Virus record (IMG/VR): IMGVR_UViG_3300036389_000008
Span: 1-53,025 of that record
DNA from: a virus
Taxonomy: Duplodnaviria; Caudoviricetes
Length of the DNA stretch: 53,025 bases
Strand: one strand, 5' to 3'
In this document: positions 9,331-18,471 of the stretch, piece by piece
How positions within the stretch are numbered: the first letter of the stretch is position 1
Layout: each line of letters starts with the position of its first letter
Notes under the pieces: model-generated
Database searches by the model: none
Told to the model about the DNA's origin: nothing
Seen by the model: only the letters and a program-made list of their open reading frames with translations
Position numbers and translations under genes: made by a program

Positions 9331-9450
9331 ATGAAATTATTCATCCGCATCATAATTCTGGTCTTTGCCATGTACGCTGTTCATCATGCGCAATCGCGTT
9401 ATCATCGTCATCATCCAGTTCGACGAACAGTCACTGTTTGTAGTTGGTAG
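9331..9450 (+). CDS. Possible 39-aa membrane peptide (MKLFIRIIILVFAMYAV...)
   Basis: Short ORF, hydrophobic N-terminus and His/Arg-rich tail. Confidence 0.3.
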   Translation: MKLFIRIIILVFAMYAVHHAQSRYHRHHPVRRTVTVCSW

Positions 9451-9461
9451 AACCGGATTTG

Positions 9462-9545
9462 TAGTACTGGAAAGTGCTATTTAAGTAATGGATAGTCAGT
9501 TTATAGTACTAGAAGTACTACGCCAAGTAATGGATACTCACTTAT
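9462..9545. repeat. Imperfect 42-bp tandem duplication upstream of the HTH gene
   Basis: tagtact...aagtaatggata.tca occurs twice, from 9462 and 9504. Confidence 0.7.
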
Positions 9546-9558
9546 AAAATCCAAAACA

Positions 9559-9942
9559 ATGAGCTTATTGAATTTCACAACTGATCAACTAAAACAAGAA
9601 TTAAACCGTAGGTCAGCCGCTGGCGTGAGCAATGCCGGAATTGATGGCCAGCCTACATTTGACCAACTACCTGCTTACGTGGCTGAGTTAGGTCAAAAAG
9701 TAGAATACTTAATCAAAATCATAGGGCAAGGTGCTGGTAACTCGGATCGCTGGTTAAGCATAGAAGAACTACAAGACTATTTACCGGGCAGGCCATCTAT
9801 AACTACGCTTTATGGAAAGGTTCAACGAAATGAAATTCCTTTTCACAAAATGGGGAAAAGACTCATATTTAGACAATCAGAGATAGAAACGTGGTTACTC
9901 ACTTTAAAATCCGATAAGAGTAAAGTTGATAGCCAAGAGTAA
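9559..9942 (+). CDS. Excisionase-like helix-turn-helix protein
   Basis: TFDQLP, WLSIEELQDYLPGRPSITTLY, IPFHKMGKRLIFRQSEIETWL. Confidence 0.85.
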   Translation: MSLLNFTTDQLKQELNRRSAAGVSNAGIDGQPTFDQLPAYVAELGQKVEYLIKIIGQGAGNSDRWLSIEELQDYLPGRPSITTLYGKVQRNEIPFHKMGKRLIFRQSEIETWLLTLKSDKSKVDSQE

Positions 9943-9954
9943 TTTTATAAAATC

Positions 9955-9981
9955 AGCCCGGTCTAATCAACCGGGTTTTTT
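9955..9981 (+). terminator. Intrinsic terminator
   Basis: agcccggt-N7-accgggtt followed by a T tract. Confidence 0.8.
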
Positions 9982-10070
9982 ATTCAAATACACCATTATG
10001 ATAATATAGATTTTATCTATCATATTTGACTTTACCTAATACCGTATCTATAATTTGTACTTCTTGAATT

Positions 10071-11138
10071 ATGCAGACAGTTCTTCTGCCTATTGACCTG
10101 CTCTCAGTCAATTCGGGGCAGGTTGCAGGCTTGCCTAAAAATCCGCGCTTCATCAAAGACGAGCGATTTCGTCAACTCATTCAATCCATCCGCGATGATC
10201 CCGAAATGTTATCGTTACGGGAATGTTTAGTATTTCCTCATCATGACCGGTACGTTGTCATTGCGGGCAATATGCGCCTGCGTGCGCTGATGGAACTTGG
10301 TTATGCTGAGGTTCCCTGTAAAGTGCTATCCCCGGAAACACCACCTGAAAAACTCCGAGCTATTACGATCAAAGACAATCTAAGTTTTGGGGGTGATGAC
10401 CTGGAAGCACTCGCAGCGGAATGGGATAAAGGTTTGTTGACAGAATGGGGGATGGAGTCCCACGAGTGGACGCCCGAAGTTGGCAAGCTGATCGATCTGG
10501 AAAAGGTAGCCGTTGCCGAGTTGAAGCCGCACCCACAGAATTATAAAGTTCATCCTGACGATCAGCTCCAACACATTGCCCGCAGCATCCGTGATCACGG
10601 CCTGTTCCGCAACGTCGTCATCTCTGCCGATGGCTTTATCATCGCTGGTCACGCGCTGGTTCTCGCCGTCGAACAGATGGGCATGCGATTCCTGCCTGTT
10701 GTTCGGCTCGATGTTACCCATGATTCGCCCATGGCCTTAAAACTGCTCGTGGCTGATAATGAAATCAGTCATCTGGCTGAAATCAATGATCGTAAACTTT
10801 CCGAAGTGTTACGCGACGTGAACATGGCCGATTCTCTACAGGGAACGGGCTATGACGAAATGATGCTGGCAAATCTGCTCATCGTTACCCGAAGCCGGGA
10901 CGAGATCAAGGATTTTAATGCCGCGGCCGAGTGGGTGGGTATGCCGGAATATGAACCAGCGACAAAGCCTGAATTTAAGCTGATCGTTCATTTCGCTACG
11001 GAACAGGACCGGTTTGCCTTTGAGCAACAGTATAAGGTTCCCATCATGACCAAAGGCACCAAGACCTGGACCACACAGCATCCGTTCCCCGGTCGACACG
11101 ATCTATCATCCTTAAAAATCGAATCCGGTGGAAACTAA
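10071..11138 (+). CDS. Protein with two tandem ParB/Srx N-terminal domains
   Basis: NPRFI...VIAGNMRLRA...DN and HPQNYK...IIAGHA...ADN. Confidence 0.85.
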   Translation: MQTVLLPIDLLSVNSGQVAGLPKNPRFIKDERFRQLIQSIRDDPEMLSLRECLVFPHHDRYVVIAGNMRLRALMELGYAEVPCKVLSPETPPEKLRAITIKDNLSFGGDDLEALAAEWDKGLLTEWGMESHEWTPEVGKLIDLEKVAVAELKPHPQNYKVHPDDQLQHIARSIRDHGLFRNVVISADGFIIAGHALVLAVEQMGMRFLPVVRLDVTHDSPMALKLLVADNEISHLAEINDRKLSEVLRDVNMADSLQGTGYDEMMLANLLIVTRSRDEIKDFNAAAEWVGMPEYEPATKPEFKLIVHFATEQDRFAFEQQYKVPIMTKGTKTWTTQHPFPGRHDLSSLKIESGGN

Positions 11139-12018
11139 ATATCCGGTTTACGTGCCCTCCAAAGGTCGTTTCGAGAATTGTTACACCGCCAAATTTCTGC
11201 TGGCTGATCAAACGCCGTTCTGGTTAGTCGTCGAACCATCGGAATATGAGGAATACGCGTCGCGCTTTCCCAAAGACATCATCATCGTCACGCCGAAGGA
11301 TAACATGACGCTACTCGGTGTACGAAACTGGATTCATGATCGCAGTAAAGCCGCTGGCGATAAACGGCACTGGCAGCTCGACGATAATATCATGCGGACG
11401 CGCCGGCTCTTTAAGGGAAAACGTATTCCGTGCAACTCGGCCATTGCCCTTCGGATGTGTGAGGAGTTCACCGATCGTTATACCAACATTGGGCTATCCG
11501 GCTTGAACTACACCATGTTCGCCCTCAACACGACGCCCGTTCCTTACTTTCTGAACGTGCACGTGTATTCGTGCTCGCTGATCAACAACGAAATGCCGTA
11601 CCGTCATCGCCTGATCTACAACGACGATACGGATCTGTGTTTGCAGATTCTCGCGGGCGGCCACTGTACCGTTCTCTTCAACGCGTTCATGGTTGACAAA
11701 ATCCGGACGATGGTCGTCAAAGGTGGCAACACAACGGCGTTGTACCAGGGCGACGGTCGGCTGAAGATGGCGCGCAGCCTGGAACGGGTTTGGCCTGGCG
11801 TTGTTACGACCGATCGACGCTTTCAGCGGCCGCAACACGTGGTGAAAGATAGCTGGAAACATTTCGACACCCAGTTGATTCGAAGGACCGACATCGACTG
11901 GTCAGCTCTGGAAAATACGACCAACGAGTTCGGTATGCAGCTCGTCGTCGTCAATCCGGAATTGAAGAGCGAAGAACTAAAAAAACTGGTCGATCAACAA
12001 CAAATAATAAGAGAATAA
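11128..12018 (+). CDS. GREB1/TAGT-family (GT-A) glycosyltransferase, probably DNA-modifying
   Basis: YPVYVPSKGR, RNW, WQLDDNI, YNDDTDLCLQ, KGGNT. Confidence 0.75.
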   Translation: METKYPVYVPSKGRFENCYTAKFLLADQTPFWLVVEPSEYEEYASRFPKDIIIVTPKDNMTLLGVRNWIHDRSKAAGDKRHWQLDDNIMRTRRLFKGKRIPCNSAIALRMCEEFTDRYTNIGLSGLNYTMFALNTTPVPYFLNVHVYSCSLINNEMPYRHRLIYNDDTDLCLQILAGGHCTVLFNAFMVDKIRTMVVKGGNTTALYQGDGRLKMARSLERVWPGVVTTDRRFQRPQHVVKDSWKHFDTQLIRRTDIDWSALENTTNEFGMQLVVVNPELKSEELKKLVDQQQIIRE

Positions 12019-12026
12019 TAAGAGAA

Positions 12027-12428
12027 ATGAATGACCAGAACCTAAAACCGGTCCAACCCGGTGAGGTGCGAAACCCGAAAGGTAGGCCCACTGGTGCCCG
12101 CAATCGAAAGACGCTGGCAAAATGGATAATGACCCTGGCTGCTGATGAGGTTTTACCCGAATCAATTTTGGTAATCATGCGCGCAAAGTATCCGAATCTT
12201 AAAGACATGTCCGTCGAAGAGATCATGCTTTTGGCGCAAGTTGCCAAGTCGATTGATAAGCGGGATACGTTTGCTTTTAATGCGGTAATGGATACTGCCT
12301 ACGGCCGTCCATCGCAGGCGCTTGAAGTATCTGGTGAAGGTGGGGGCCCAATACAGGTAATTGCCTACATACCAGAATTTGATCCATTACCCGAACACGA
12401 AGAGGAAAATGACAGTCCAACGGATTAG
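12027..12428 (+). CDS. terS: Terminase small subunit
   Basis: GEVRNPKGRPTG N-terminus, DTAYGRP..ALEVSGEGGGPI, directly upstream of terL. Confidence 0.75.
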   Translation: MNDQNLKPVQPGEVRNPKGRPTGARNRKTLAKWIMTLAADEVLPESILVIMRAKYPNLKDMSVEEIMLLAQVAKSIDKRDTFAFNAVMDTAYGRPSQALEVSGEGGGPIQVIAYIPEFDPLPEHEEENDSPTD

Positions 12429-14001
12429 GGTAAAACTTCAACCTGGATTTCAGGAAGCCTTTGTCCGCACACCCGCCGATATCGCCATCGGTGGCGGGGC
12501 CGCTGGTGCAGGTAAGAGTTATGCCCTATTGTATGAACCGGCCGTTCGGTACCAACATATACCGACGTTTCGCTCGGTATTCTTTCGCCGTACCTATCCG
12601 GAGATTACCAACCCAGGCGGTTTACGGGATACGTCCAATGGCCTGTATCCACTATTTGGGGCTAAACTGTCGCAAATGGACTGGAACTTCCCATCGAAGG
12701 CAAAAATCGTCTTTCGTCATCTTCAGCGCGAATCGGACATCTATAGCTGGCAAGGTGCCCAGATTCCCGATATCCGCTTCGACGAGCTCACCCACTTTAC
12801 GGCCACTCAGTTCTTTTACATGATGAGCCGGAATCGGAACCCAAACAATGACGGTATCGTCTCTCGAATTCGTGCCAGTTGCAACCCCGATCCAGATTCA
12901 TTTGTGGCCGAACTCATTGAGTGGTTCATTGATCAGGAAGAAAAGCTGCCCGATGGTTCACCAAATGGCCGGTATGGTTTCCCCATTCCTGAGCGCTGTG
13001 GGCAGTTACGGTACTTTGCTCGCAAAAACAACGAGTATATATGGGGGGCAACCGCGAAAGAAGTTATAGCCAAAGCGCCGGAACTATACACTGGTGAAAC
13101 GGCTAATACGCGCCCCAAGTCCATTACCTTCATCCCGGGTGACATCTATGGCAACAAGGCACTACTGCGCAGTGACCCTAATTATCTGGCTGGTTTAATG
13201 GCCTTGCCGGAAGAGGATCAGCAAAAACTACTCTTCGGTAACTGGAAGATTCGCGCCGATGGGCTGGCGCTCTATAATCCGTCTGCTGTTGGTTCGATCT
13301 TTACCAACTACCCTCCAGCTGGTGATCAGATGTACATCACCGCCGACGTTGCCCGGTTCGGGCACGACTGGACGGTTATTCTGGTCTGGCGAGGTTGGGA
13401 GGTGATTGAATGCGTAGTCATGAAAGAAAACGATTCGCCCGAAGCGGTGAACGTTATTGAAGGCTTACGGGAAAAACACCACATTATGGCGCATCATGTG
13501 CTGGTCGATCAGAACGGCGTTGGTGGAGCGGTACTTGACCTTCGGCCAGATTACGTTGGCTTTCTGAACAATGCCTCCGCGATGGAAGATCCGGCTATTC
13601 AGGTCAAAGAAAACTATAAAAACCTCAAAACGCAGTGCTTTTATCGGAGTGCCGAACGGGTGAATAGGGGCGCTTTGAAGGTGACACTCAACGATGATAC
13701 GGTAACTGTTTACGAATCGAGTCCATCCAAATCAGGTGGATTTAATCATGTCATCAACCGCGGTTGCCGTACTAAAATGGGCGGAAAAGTAGTCGATATC
13801 CGAGAGGTAATCAAACAGCAGTTACGCGCAATTCGCAAAGAAAAGCCAGATTTTGAGGGTAAAAAACAGATCAATACCAAGGAAGCTCAGAAAATACTGC
13901 TTAGCGGCTGGTCGCCTGACTTTGCTGACTGCGTTATGATGCGCGAATATTTCGAACTAGCACCGAAGCCACTTGACTTTGGTGGATGGGATATGTCGTA
14001 G
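12409..14001 (+). CDS. terL: Terminase large subunit
   Basis: GGAAGAGKS Walker A, FDELTHF Walker B, SCNP, TADVARFGHD and SPDFAD nuclease motifs. Confidence 0.95.
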   Translation: MTVQRIRVKLQPGFQEAFVRTPADIAIGGGAAGAGKSYALLYEPAVRYQHIPTFRSVFFRRTYPEITNPGGLRDTSNGLYPLFGAKLSQMDWNFPSKAKIVFRHLQRESDIYSWQGAQIPDIRFDELTHFTATQFFYMMSRNRNPNNDGIVSRIRASCNPDPDSFVAELIEWFIDQEEKLPDGSPNGRYGFPIPERCGQLRYFARKNNEYIWGATAKEVIAKAPELYTGETANTRPKSITFIPGDIYGNKALLRSDPNYLAGLMALPEEDQQKLLFGNWKIRADGLALYNPSAVGSIFTNYPPAGDQMYITADVARFGHDWTVILVWRGWEVIECVVMKENDSPEAVNVIEGLREKHHIMAHHVLVDQNGVGGAVLDLRPDYVGFLNNASAMEDPAIQVKENYKNLKTQCFYRSAERVNRGALKVTLNDDTVTVYESSPSKSGGFNHVINRGCRTKMGGKVVDIREVIKQQLRAIRKEKPDFEGKKQINTKEAQKILLSGWSPDFADCVMMREYFELAPKPLDFGGWDMS

Positions 14002-14030
14002 AGTTAAATCTAATATTGTAGACTTGATAG

Positions 14031-14060
14031 TTTGTAAAAATTAGTTTTTTTCTAATTTTG
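14031..14060 (+). promoter_or_regulatory. Bacteroidota-type promoter (-33 TTTG, -7 TAATTTTG)
   Basis: TTTG at 14031-14034 and TAATTTTG at 14053-14060. Confidence 0.6.
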
Positions 14061-14076
14061 TTGCATCTCGCTTCAA

Positions 14077-14134
14077 CTACCGGACGGTTGGGCACTCGCT
14101 GCTGAGAGCAGCTCTTCACCGATCACCAATCGTC
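14077..14134 (+). promoter_or_regulatory. CTACCGGACGG leader element copy 1, with start-proximal stem
   Basis: Motif 14077-14087; GACGGTTGG (14083-14091) pairs with CCAATCGTC (14126-14134). Confidence 0.7.
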
Positions 14135-14137
14135 ATA

Positions 14138-14761
14138 ATGAAATTCCCAAGTTGTGGTTCCCTTACCGGGGCGTTGGTAACGCCAACGGCGTCCAACTGC
14201 ATGACCTGGCTGCTTCAATCGAAGCGCATGGGTTTCCAAAAAATCCCCCAGTCGTCGGCTCCTTTCGCCGATCAAGCTACAGCCCAGTTGCAGGCCAGTT
14301 GGAGTACGGCTCAGGCCTTGACCACGGACGCGAAGATTGTCATTCCCAAGTTCAAGAGCTTTTCGCCTGAACTACCACCTACTGAGCCTGTCACCTTCGG
14401 CTCGAATGACAACCAAACACCGGACGGCAATACGTTCATGATGGGCCAAACGGTACCCTCGTTCAATGCGAGTTGGGCGGGTTTGTCATCTGACCAATAT
14501 GATCAAACCGAAAATCTGTTTGCCTGGGGTAATCAGTCGGTTGACCTGGAAACCCTTGGCGTTTACTTTTTTCTGGGTCAACGGCAGGTCTTGATGAGCA
14601 AAACCTTCGGCCCGATTCCCGCCCGTAATTTCTTCATCGGTGATCCGAACGGGATGCAATTGCACGCCTTAACCATGTTCCCAATCCGCTTTGATCTGCT
14701 CAAAGGCTGGTTTCGGGATACGGTTCTTTTTGATTTAAGCTTCAACCACAACCTGTTGTAA
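14138..14761 (+). CDS. Probable major tail (tube) protein
   Basis: Cys-containing N-terminus followed by a GFQK segment; size and beta-rich composition resemble Bacteroidota phage tail tubes. Confidence 0.55.
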   Translation: MKFPSCGSLTGALVTPTASNCMTWLLQSKRMGFQKIPQSSAPFADQATAQLQASWSTAQALTTDAKIVIPKFKSFSPELPPTEPVTFGSNDNQTPDGNTFMMGQTVPSFNASWAGLSSDQYDQTENLFAWGNQSVDLETLGVYFFLGQRQVLMSKTFGPIPARNFFIGDPNGMQLHALTMFPIRFDLLKGWFRDTVLFDLSFNHNLL

Positions 14762-14795
14762 GCTCCTCGTTGTAGCGTACCTATCGTACTTAAAA

Positions 14796-15017
14796 ATGGC
14801 AAAATCTTCAACAACCGGGCAACCAAAGCCCACAAAACGCCTTCGGGAGCTGGATCCTCCGGGTGGCGTAGGCCTCGGCCGAGTTCAGGATTTCGACGCT
14901 GACCACGCCGATGCAATTTTGGCTCACGAGGCAGCCAATGGGGTCAAAAACTGGGAATTAGTCGACGAAACCGTACAGCTTTCTCCTGCCCCACGGGATG
15001 CCGCTAAATCCGAATGA
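14796..15017 (+). CDS. Hypothetical protein
   Basis: A-rich leader, operon context. Confidence 0.55.
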   Translation: MAKSSTTGQPKPTKRLRELDPPGGVGLGRVQDFDADHADAILAHEAANGVKNWELVDETVQLSPAPRDAAKSE

Positions 15018-16890
15018 TCCAATAGTTAAAAAAGCGGACAAAAAAGGACTTCAGCAGGCAAAATTTGAGGACCAACGACACCGCTTGCACGCCGAGGCTG
15101 CCACTAGTGCGGCCTCGGCTTCGCCGTATTGGAAGAAATTCGTTGACGAGTTCATCAAAAAGACGGTAGTAGCGCCTGCCACCCAGGAACAGCTACTGCG
15201 TCAGATCGTCTTTCCGCTCGTATCGGTTGAAGTCGTCGACGAAATCATCGATGCGTCTTCAGCGGTGCATTATGCCCAGGATCGGAGCATTACCATCCGC
15301 ATGTCGGATGAAAAGTTACAGGCCAGTGCTGAACAGTATCTGGAAGAAATCGACCTGGCTAACTTTATTGCCCGAAACTGTCATAATGCACTGTTTTCGG
15401 CCCCTAACTCCTTAGTCATCGTTGATGCCCCAGCCGAACAAACTACCCCTTTCCCGGAACCGTACATCTATCTGGTCGCCAGCGACAAGGTAGAAAGCGC
15501 TGAATCTCTGGATTCACTCCGTGGGCCTGCCGATGCTGGTCTGCTGAACTTCGCGTTTTTCAAAACCGATAAGGATAAGCAGTTCGCGCTGTTCGATGGT
15601 GAAAATATTGGCATCTACACACGTGGTGTCAACGGGGAATGGGCTGAGGTGTTTAAGCCTGTTGCGCATAACCTGCCGTTCAATCCCGCCTGGAAAATGT
15701 GGGCCGATGTGGAGGACAATAACCCACTGGTGTCTAATTCGATGATTCGGCCGCAACTCGGTTCGTTTGATCGCTATGTGTTCTGGGACGGCGCTAAGGA
15801 AACAAACGATTTGTCGGCGGCTTTCCAGACCTTCTGGCATTTCAAAGGCAAAGATTGTGAGTACATCACCGAGGACAAGTTCAAATGTCAGAAGGGTATT
15901 ATTGAACGGCCAAATCCCAATCCCGGCCCGGGTGCTTTACCGATTCGTTCGGCCTGTCCGATTCGAGACCAGTGCGCAGCTCGTCAGGTAGGTGGCATTG
16001 GTGGACGGTTACCGATTCCGGTACCGACGACAAAAGATGGATTCGATATGCGGGAACCGGCTGGCTGGATCAAGGCCGCTGTCGATAACCTGAAATACGT
16101 TGAGGAAAAGGTCGAAAAGCTGAAAGCTAAACTGATCAAGTCAGCCACTGGCTACGAAGCTGGTCCTTCCAACAAACAAGCGCTGAATGAAGATCAGATC
16201 ATGGCCATTCTGGAGAAATCCCGGCAGGTTGGTCAGTACCTCGCTCAGCATTTTCAAACGCTTCACAAACGAGCCATCGACGCCATTCTCGGCATGCGCT
16301 ATGGTTCGTCTTATCTGGGTTGCAACGTCAACTACGGCCGTCGCTTTAATCTGCTGACCGGTGATCAGTTGATGGTTCTTTATGCATCAGCGAAAGAAGG
16401 TGGTCTCACCTGGCTGATGGAGGAAATTGAAGCCATGCTTCAAGATTACTACGCGCGTGCCGATCCGAATCGGCTGTTACGGTACCGCCTTATCGCGGAC
16501 CTCAACCCGTATCCGTTTATGGCCACGTCTGATCTGATTGAAGCAGACATTCACATTACCGATCAGCCAGGCTTCATGTTGTCAATCGCTCTACTTCGCT
16601 GGGTGCGTCAGTTCGAATGGGAAGAAAATGTTCCCATCGAGCGGTTCGGCATCACCATGGATTATGCAAAACGAGTACCCGAAATTTCAAAATCGCTTAG
16701 ACAGTATGTCAAAGACGCAAACTTCAAACCAATCGCCACCAGCGACGCCACCGGCAACGAATCAGGAGGCAACACCGAATCAAAATCAGGGGGAAAATCC
16801 GGTAGTTCATCAGGACGGACCGATTCAGGACGAAAGTCAGGAAACCGTACTGGAGGGAGTTCAGCCAAGCGAAAATCAGCCGACGCCTGA
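14998..16890 (+). CDS. Probable portal protein
   Basis: 630 aa, between terminase and scaffold/capsid genes, helical C-terminal half. Confidence 0.7.
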   Translation: MPLNPNDPIVKKADKKGLQQAKFEDQRHRLHAEAATSAASASPYWKKFVDEFIKKTVVAPATQEQLLRQIVFPLVSVEVVDEIIDASSAVHYAQDRSITIRMSDEKLQASAEQYLEEIDLANFIARNCHNALFSAPNSLVIVDAPAEQTTPFPEPYIYLVASDKVESAESLDSLRGPADAGLLNFAFFKTDKDKQFALFDGENIGIYTRGVNGEWAEVFKPVAHNLPFNPAWKMWADVEDNNPLVSNSMIRPQLGSFDRYVFWDGAKETNDLSAAFQTFWHFKGKDCEYITEDKFKCQKGIIERPNPNPGPGALPIRSACPIRDQCAARQVGGIGGRLPIPVPTTKDGFDMREPAGWIKAAVDNLKYVEEKVEKLKAKLIKSATGYEAGPSNKQALNEDQIMAILEKSRQVGQYLAQHFQTLHKRAIDAILGMRYGSSYLGCNVNYGRRFNLLTGDQLMVLYASAKEGGLTWLMEEIEAMLQDYYARADPNRLLRYRLIADLNPYPFMATSDLIEADIHITDQPGFMLSIALLRWVRQFEWEENVPIERFGITMDYAKRVPEISKSLRQYVKDANFKPIATSDATGNESGGNTESKSGGKSGSSSGRTDSGRKSGNRTGGSSAKRKSADA

Positions 16891-17338
16891 GCCTAAAACC
16901 GTTATGATGACCCAGGATCAACTAGATCAACTGCTAGAAAGAACGCTGGCTAAAGGGCTGGAGATTGGAAAACAATCCGTGGCAACGTCTACGGACACCG
17001 TTACGCAGGCGACTGAAGGACCAGCGGCTGAGGCAACGCCGGTACAAGTTGATGACAGTGGGGCCATTTACGGCAATCTGGACAAAACGAAGGAATTTGA
17101 CCTGGCTAAGTTGATTCCGGGCCTGAAAGAGTTTCCGAAAGATAAAATCGTCATTGTCCTGCAGCAGTATTCAACGGACAAAGCCGGCGACGTAACCGAA
17201 ACCAAGAAACTCCGTAAAGCGCAGTTTATCGACATCGCCGATTTTATCGCTAATACCAAAAAAGACCCGGATACGGGCGATACGCTCTGGGACGTGATGC
17301 AGATCCGTTACACCGTCGTCAACGATCCCCGCAAATAA
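16706..17338 (+). CDS. Head-module hypothetical protein with disordered N-terminus
   Basis: ATG at 16706, overlaps the portal 3' end. Confidence 0.6.
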   Translation: MSKTQTSNQSPPATPPATNQEATPNQNQGENPVVHQDGPIQDESQETVLEGVQPSENQPTPEPKTVMMTQDQLDQLLERTLAKGLEIGKQSVATSTDTVTQATEGPAAEATPVQVDDSGAIYGNLDKTKEFDLAKLIPGLKEFPKDKIVIVLQQYSTDKAGDVTETKKLRKAQFIDIADFIANTKKDPDTGDTLWDVMQIRYTVVNDPRK

Positions 17339-17412
17339 GCTTTTACCCGTAACAAATCAAGTATTTAACCTATCTGGCCAGTTCACCGGCTGGCCAGAAC
17401 TAAACCAAACGT

Positions 17413-17423
17413 CTACCGGACGG
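17413..17423 (+). promoter_or_regulatory. CTACCGGACGG leader element copy 2
   Basis: 5 nt before ATG 17429; preceded by hairpin tctggccag/ctggccaga. Confidence 0.65.
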
Positions 17424-17428
17424 ACATT

Positions 17429-18355
17429 ATGGATATTACTTTAGAGAACATCACTGATCTTGAACTTCCTGCCGAACTTGAAACCGCTTTACTCGGCAAA
17501 TTAGAACCTAAAATCCCCACTTTCCTGACCGGAAAGAATTTTGTCGTTAAGCCTAAAGCCGATTACGACAATGAGTTCAATAACGCCGTAGCCGCAAAAA
17601 ACAAAGAGGCTATCGACGAAGAGGGAGCCCGGCTATATGGCAGCATCGACAACATTCTGAAGTTGCTCGGTATGCCTAAACCGGCCGGCGTTACCCGGAC
17701 TCGTGATCACGTACTCAACCTGGCTGCTGAGGGCAAGTTGCCCCTCACCAAAGAGCAGTTTGAGACGATGAAAAAGAAGCTGGAGGCTAAGGGAGCTACG
17801 GAAGCCCAGGCCAACGATGCGGTTGAAGACCTGAAAACTAAAATTGAGGAGATTGAGAATTCCGGAAATAAAAAAGATTCTGACAGTTTTACCAAGTCAG
17901 TGAACCGGGATATCAAACAATCGCTCAAAGATGCTCCGGTTCGGGTTGATCCTGATTTGAAGGAAGAGTCTGCCAAAACGGCCGCCAAAACCTCGGCGAT
18001 CAATGACATCAACGCCATCTTCAAAACCTATTATGAAGGTGTTGAAATTGAAGATACTGGCGAGATAGGTTACCGGAAAAAGGGTACAACGGCAATCCTG
18101 ATGAATGCTGAAGGCGAGCCGATGACGCCGATCGAGATCATCAAAAAGAATCACGGTATTTACCTGGCTCCGCAAAATCATCAGCAGACGGGTGGCGGCA
18201 CGAAAGGCGGCAATACAGGTGGCAAAAGTGAATCGCCTGCCGGTTTAACGTTAAAAGATATTTTGGTCGCAGCCGCTGAAAAAGGGCTTAAAACCAATAC
18301 ACCCGAATGGCGCACCTACGTCAATGCGGAGAAAAAAACTGCGGGAATTAAATAG
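17429..18355 (+). CDS. Probable capsid scaffolding protein
   Basis: Charged coiled coil, Gly-rich linker and short C-terminal helix, directly before the capsid gene. Confidence 0.65.
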   Translation: MDITLENITDLELPAELETALLGKLEPKIPTFLTGKNFVVKPKADYDNEFNNAVAAKNKEAIDEEGARLYGSIDNILKLLGMPKPAGVTRTRDHVLNLAAEGKLPLTKEQFETMKKKLEAKGATEAQANDAVEDLKTKIEEIENSGNKKDSDSFTKSVNRDIKQSLKDAPVRVDPDLKEESAKTAAKTSAINDINAIFKTYYEGVEIEDTGEIGYRKKGTTAILMNAEGEPMTPIEIIKKNHGIYLAPQNHQQTGGGTKGGNTGGKSESPAGLTLKDILVAAAEKGLKTNTPEWRTYVNAEKKTAGIK

Positions 18356-18413
18356 CTCGCCATGTCTTAGGTCCGACCTCCTGCAGTAACGCGCAGCGGA
18401 CCCACAATACCGA

Positions 18414-18424
18414 CTACCGGACGG
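18414..18424 (+). promoter_or_regulatory. CTACCGGACGG leader element copy 3
   Basis: In the capsid leader, after a ggtccg...cggacc stem. Confidence 0.65.
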
Positions 18425-18471
18425 AAGGGAAGTGCTGAGGTTTGTCTACTTTTTTTAACACAAACGTAAGT

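Noticed and set aside
10071-11138. ParABS partition system or the PRTRC ParB
   Set aside because: No ParA and no HTH; separated from PRTRC by a terminator and coupled to the glycosyltransferase and terminase
17418-17423. GGACGG as a Shine-Dalgarno sequence
   Set aside because: Spacing fits only this copy; the other exact copies are 32-50 nt from their starts
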